Assembly (NCBI GenBank): GCA_951406725.2
Contig: OX597815.1
Location: forward strand, 173,042,001-173,106,000
DNA length: 64,000 nt
Direction of reading: 5' to 3'
Source: Octopus vulgaris
Taxonomy: Eukaryota
Shown piece after piece: positions 60,421 through 64,000 of this stretch. The translations under genes were made by a program, and so were the position numbers. Under the pieces are notes generated by a model. That model had not been told where the DNA came from. It made no database searches and was given only the letters and a program-made list of their open reading frames with translations. Each line of letters opens with the position of its first letter. Position 1 is the stretch's first letter.

Positions 60421-61963
60421 TGTAATTTTACGTTTATTGGTTTGAAAATGTCATTTTAACTACTTTTATTTCATCTTGGTTCATTTACCATCAGAATAAC
60501 TTGGTAATGCCACATCAAACAATACTCCTAATTTGAGACAAAAAATATCTTAATTTTTACATAAATTGTCAAAATGTTTAGGACTCAGAAATCACAACTA
60601 TATTTTTTCATACAGTTTACTCGACTTTAAGTCATTGACATACTGGATTACCACCTTCAAAGGTATTAATTGAACACATTGAACCAGGACTTATTTTTAA
60701 GTCTGGTACTAATGAATTGATATTTGCTAGATTATAGGGTATAAACACAGAGCACCATCTTCCAAGCAGTATCAACAGATGAAAATGGAAACAGATACAC
60801 ACACATATATAAGTATGATGGCCTTTTAAACACTCACAAAGCATTGGTCAACAAGGCTATAATACAATACATGATGTGGTTGTAAAACCAAATCCATAAA
60901 GCCATGCCTGTTTTAAATTGTTTCATCATCATTTAACATCCATTTACCAAGCTAACATGGATAGGATGGTTTGATAGGATATCAGGCAAGCCACTGGGCC
61001 ACATTGAACATCTTTGTCTGCCTTGGCATGGTTTCTATAGCTAGATGCCCTTCCTAACACCATCCTTGTGAAAGAATAATACAGGATATATACAAATCAC
61101 AATGAATAAAGTAATGTCCCTCCTCAGGTTCCATAAATTCAAATCTGCATCTAACAAATCACGTTTTGGCACAGAACACTTTATTCCATTTATAATTAAC
61201 CTAGCTATCTGCCTGAGATATTTTATCTGGGAATTTTGTTTTCAGAAGAGAGGCATATCATCCAACAGTAGATATCTCATTTGCTTCATGCAATAAAACC
61301 AGAGCTAAGCATTGGCTTCAAAGGAACATCTCAGGTAAAGGAGATGTTTCTTCCAATAACTAAAATATTAATTGCAGCAAGGACACTGTATTTCATTGTG
61401 CAACCATAATATACTACCAAGTGTATTAAAGGTTTATAAGTCAATATCTTGCCTTACGTTTGCATTAGCAGTGCAATGTTCTCATTTTAAAGTTTATTTC
61501 TACAGATTTTTACAAATTTTTTTGGCTCTGGATTCCAAAGAAAATTTGTAGAAACTCAAAAATAACCAAATGATCTAGTGGATTATTAAATGCATTGATA
61601 CTTTTGATTGAATATGATATATTTAAAAAAACTGTAATTTTAATTTTCTCCTCTTTGATTTCATTTCTCTGGCTAACAAAGAAAAATATATGATTAAAAC
61701 ATACCAAGAACACAAAATTTTATGTAATTTCTAAAAATGATGCATCTTCATTCAACATACAACTCCAAAAAGACACTGAAGCTTTATCTGGTACCCAAGA
61801 AAGTTGAGTGGCTACAGATACTGGCTGTGTGTACTACTTCTAAACATTGAATCAAAAAACTTTTTAACACAAGTTCACTTACCAGAATTGATTTTAGAAA
61901 TGAAACAACATAGAATAAAAAACACAAGTATTTGTGTATGTATACACATACGACCCAATTTAC

Positions 61964-62068
61964 CTGGACATCATACTGTGTAACCACATTTCTGTCAAAC
62001 TGAGTCCGAAGAATCCAACGCACAACTTCTAGATTACTGATATCATTTCCTACTTGCAGTTCAGATTC
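61964..62068 (-). CDS. ACTR5: ACTR5 exon 3 ([35 protein letters not shown])
   Basis: GT-AG, phases 0->0. Confidence 0.95.
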
Positions 62069-62544
62069 CTATGTACAATTGAAAATAAAATTTTTTGAAA
62101 ATGTATTTCTATAAAATAAAACACATAAGTCAAAAATGTGTGCGTGTGTGTGTATATGTAGATAGACATGTGTGTGTGTAGGAAAACTCAAATCATTTTT
62201 CATCAGCAAGAATATATTATTGATGTTTATTTATACTTTTTGTCAATTTGTCACTGGAGATTTTGAATTCAAAATATATAAGGTGCCAAAACAGATTATG
62301 TAAGTAATATTCTCTATTTAGAGATACTTAAGGGACATAATGATACCAACTAATAATATTGAATCTATTTCACAACTGCCAACGATATATTATAGTTAGA
62401 GCACAACATATATTTAGATGTGATTGTTATAGAGATAAAAACTATTGTTTTGAACAGATACTAAGATATTTTGTCTTCTATAAAATCTTAGTTTTTGAAA
62501 TTTAATGAAGTTAAAAAAAAAATTATAGTTTATATAAAAAATAC

Positions 62545-62633
62545 CTTTTTCCCTCTCTGCTTAGCAGTCACGTTTTTGAATATTAACTGAGGTTTATCCA
62601 TTGAGGCCCAGCCAGCACGGCATTGATAAGAAC
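62545..62633 (-). CDS. ACTR5: ACTR5 exon 2 ([29 protein letters not shown])
   Basis: GT-AG, phases 1->0; completes the DNG|SYQCRAGW phosphate-loop motif. Confidence 0.95.
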
Positions 62634-63728
62634 CTGAAATATACATGAAAAAAAAAATGCAATTCTCTTTTAGATTGTTCTTTAAATTTCAAAACAATTT
62701 CATTTAGCTAATTTTGTATAATGAATAAATCAATCAATAATTATTTATTTCACTCTGATAGGAAAAGTGTCAACTAAACATTAGTCTTTTTCTAAATCTG
62801 AGGTATCTACTTTATTGACTCAAAATACAGTAAATTGAAAGTTTATGAATCAAAACAGCTATTCATGAAGTTAAGGAATAATTCTTGCCACTTAGGGAAC
62901 TATTTTAGCAAAACAGTGTGACAGTTCAAACAATAGAAAATTTCTCTAAAAAGTTGTGATTTACTGGTAAGTATGCAGCTGCTCAGGAAATTTATGTTGT
63001 TTATTGAAATAAATGCCTCAATCTAGACAATCAGTAAAAAAAAACATACTTAAACATATTTCATTTTGTAAAAGTAATTTTTCAATTATAAAACCAACCA
63101 GTTCACTCACAAGTTTTTTTTTTAAATACTGCTAAACAGAAGTAATCACTGAATTAAAAAAAGCATAAATTATATTAAATCTCAACATAGCAGGAATAGC
63201 GTCAAGTGAGTAGATTCTAACTACTACAAAAATATTTCACTGTTCAGTCCTTCCTTATTTTAAAGATAGAGTATTGAAAGTATAGTAGCAATGTTAGATC
63301 AGAGATTACAAAATTTAGTGTTATAAATATGTGTACAACAAGCCATTGTGACCTGTGTAAGCATGATTAAACAATGAAGATAATGGTGAAAAGAAAAAAC
63401 ACAGAGAATGATGCAATTCATATAACTTATTTTGAGTGAGATTAGCTGTTTGCTTTATTCATTAAACAATTCCTCAAAGATCTAGAGTTTCTACCATTTC
63501 AATGGAGACCTATTTTTCTTCCGGTATATTTATGGTTTTGCAAAAAGGAAAACTGGAAGAGTGTACAGTGAATAAACATTTACAAGTTTAACCGAAGGAC
63601 TGTCAGAGAGATAATATTCATAGAAACACCAAGTCATCTAGTATGTAATGGATTGGTTGACTCGAAAAATTCAGTTTATATCAAACCAGATAAAAGGAAA
63701 TGTTTATAAAATTAAATTGAAACCATAC

Positions 63729-63858
63729 CATTATCAATAACCAATGGAATAGCACTTTCTCTCAATCCTGAAGGATATGTGTAAACAGAGTCTGGTACTG
63801 GGCGATCATCTTTAAATGAAAAAACATTCTCTTCCTCCTCTTCTTCATCAGCAGACAT
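63729..63858 (-). CDS. ACTR5: ACTR5 coding exon 1 (MSADEEEEEENVFSFKDD...AIPLVIDNG)
   Basis: ATG at 63858, donor G|gtatgg; PLVIDNG motif. Confidence 0.93.
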
Positions 63859-64000
63859 TCTCAGTTATAAGCTTAAAAAGATATTTGAACTAATCAACAG
63901 GGCATAAATTTTTACAAACTTATAAAACAAAAAAATGAATTAAAAATATACAATTAAAGTAGTATATGTGATAACAAGTTTTACAGTACAGAAGTAAATG

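Larger units (their letters stand above)
18184..63858 (-). other. ACTR5: ACTR5 (actin-related protein 5, INO80 complex) gene span, 20 coding exons, ~720 aa
   Basis: All junctions are GT-AG and phase-consistent once the 8-nt microexon is included; CDS 2163 nt. Arp5 motifs run from [16 protein letters not shown] to EHVASNRY. Confidence 0.93.

Overview
AT-rich eukaryotic genomic DNA. The SINE/RTE repertoire and the (TA)n, (CA)n and (GAT)n repeats look like those of an octopus or related coleoid cephalopod (inference). I reconstructed four spliced genes by hand. (1) ACTR5/Arp5 (INO80 complex), minus strand, complete CDS 63858->18184: 19 conventional exons plus a candidate 8-nt microexon that restores the frame, about 720 aa. 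(2) A FAM166/CIMIP2-family ciliary microtubule inner protein, plus strand, 7105-17116, 6 coding exons, 293 aa, tail-to-tail with ACTR5. (3) An unrecognised 199-aa Met/Tyr/Gln/Ser-rich gene nested antisense in an ACTR5 intron (51643-54034). (4) The 5' end of an unrecognised minus-strand gene leaving the window at the left, apparently sharing a bidirectional promoter with the FAM166-like gene. The introns are full of mobile elements: a near-intact RTE-clade LINE, many truncated copies of it, BovB-like and CR1-like fragments, a Tc1 element, an LTR with its PBS, Helitron-like ends and three SINE families. The RTE family is the most unusual element. It has a PHD finger inside the RT polyprotein, a -1 frameshift at the same position in two divergent copies, and a 3' UTR built from variable-number ~63-67-nt units with compensatory base changes (candidate pseudoknot plus hairpin). 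Repeat boundaries are approximate, and no database searches or folding computations were run.
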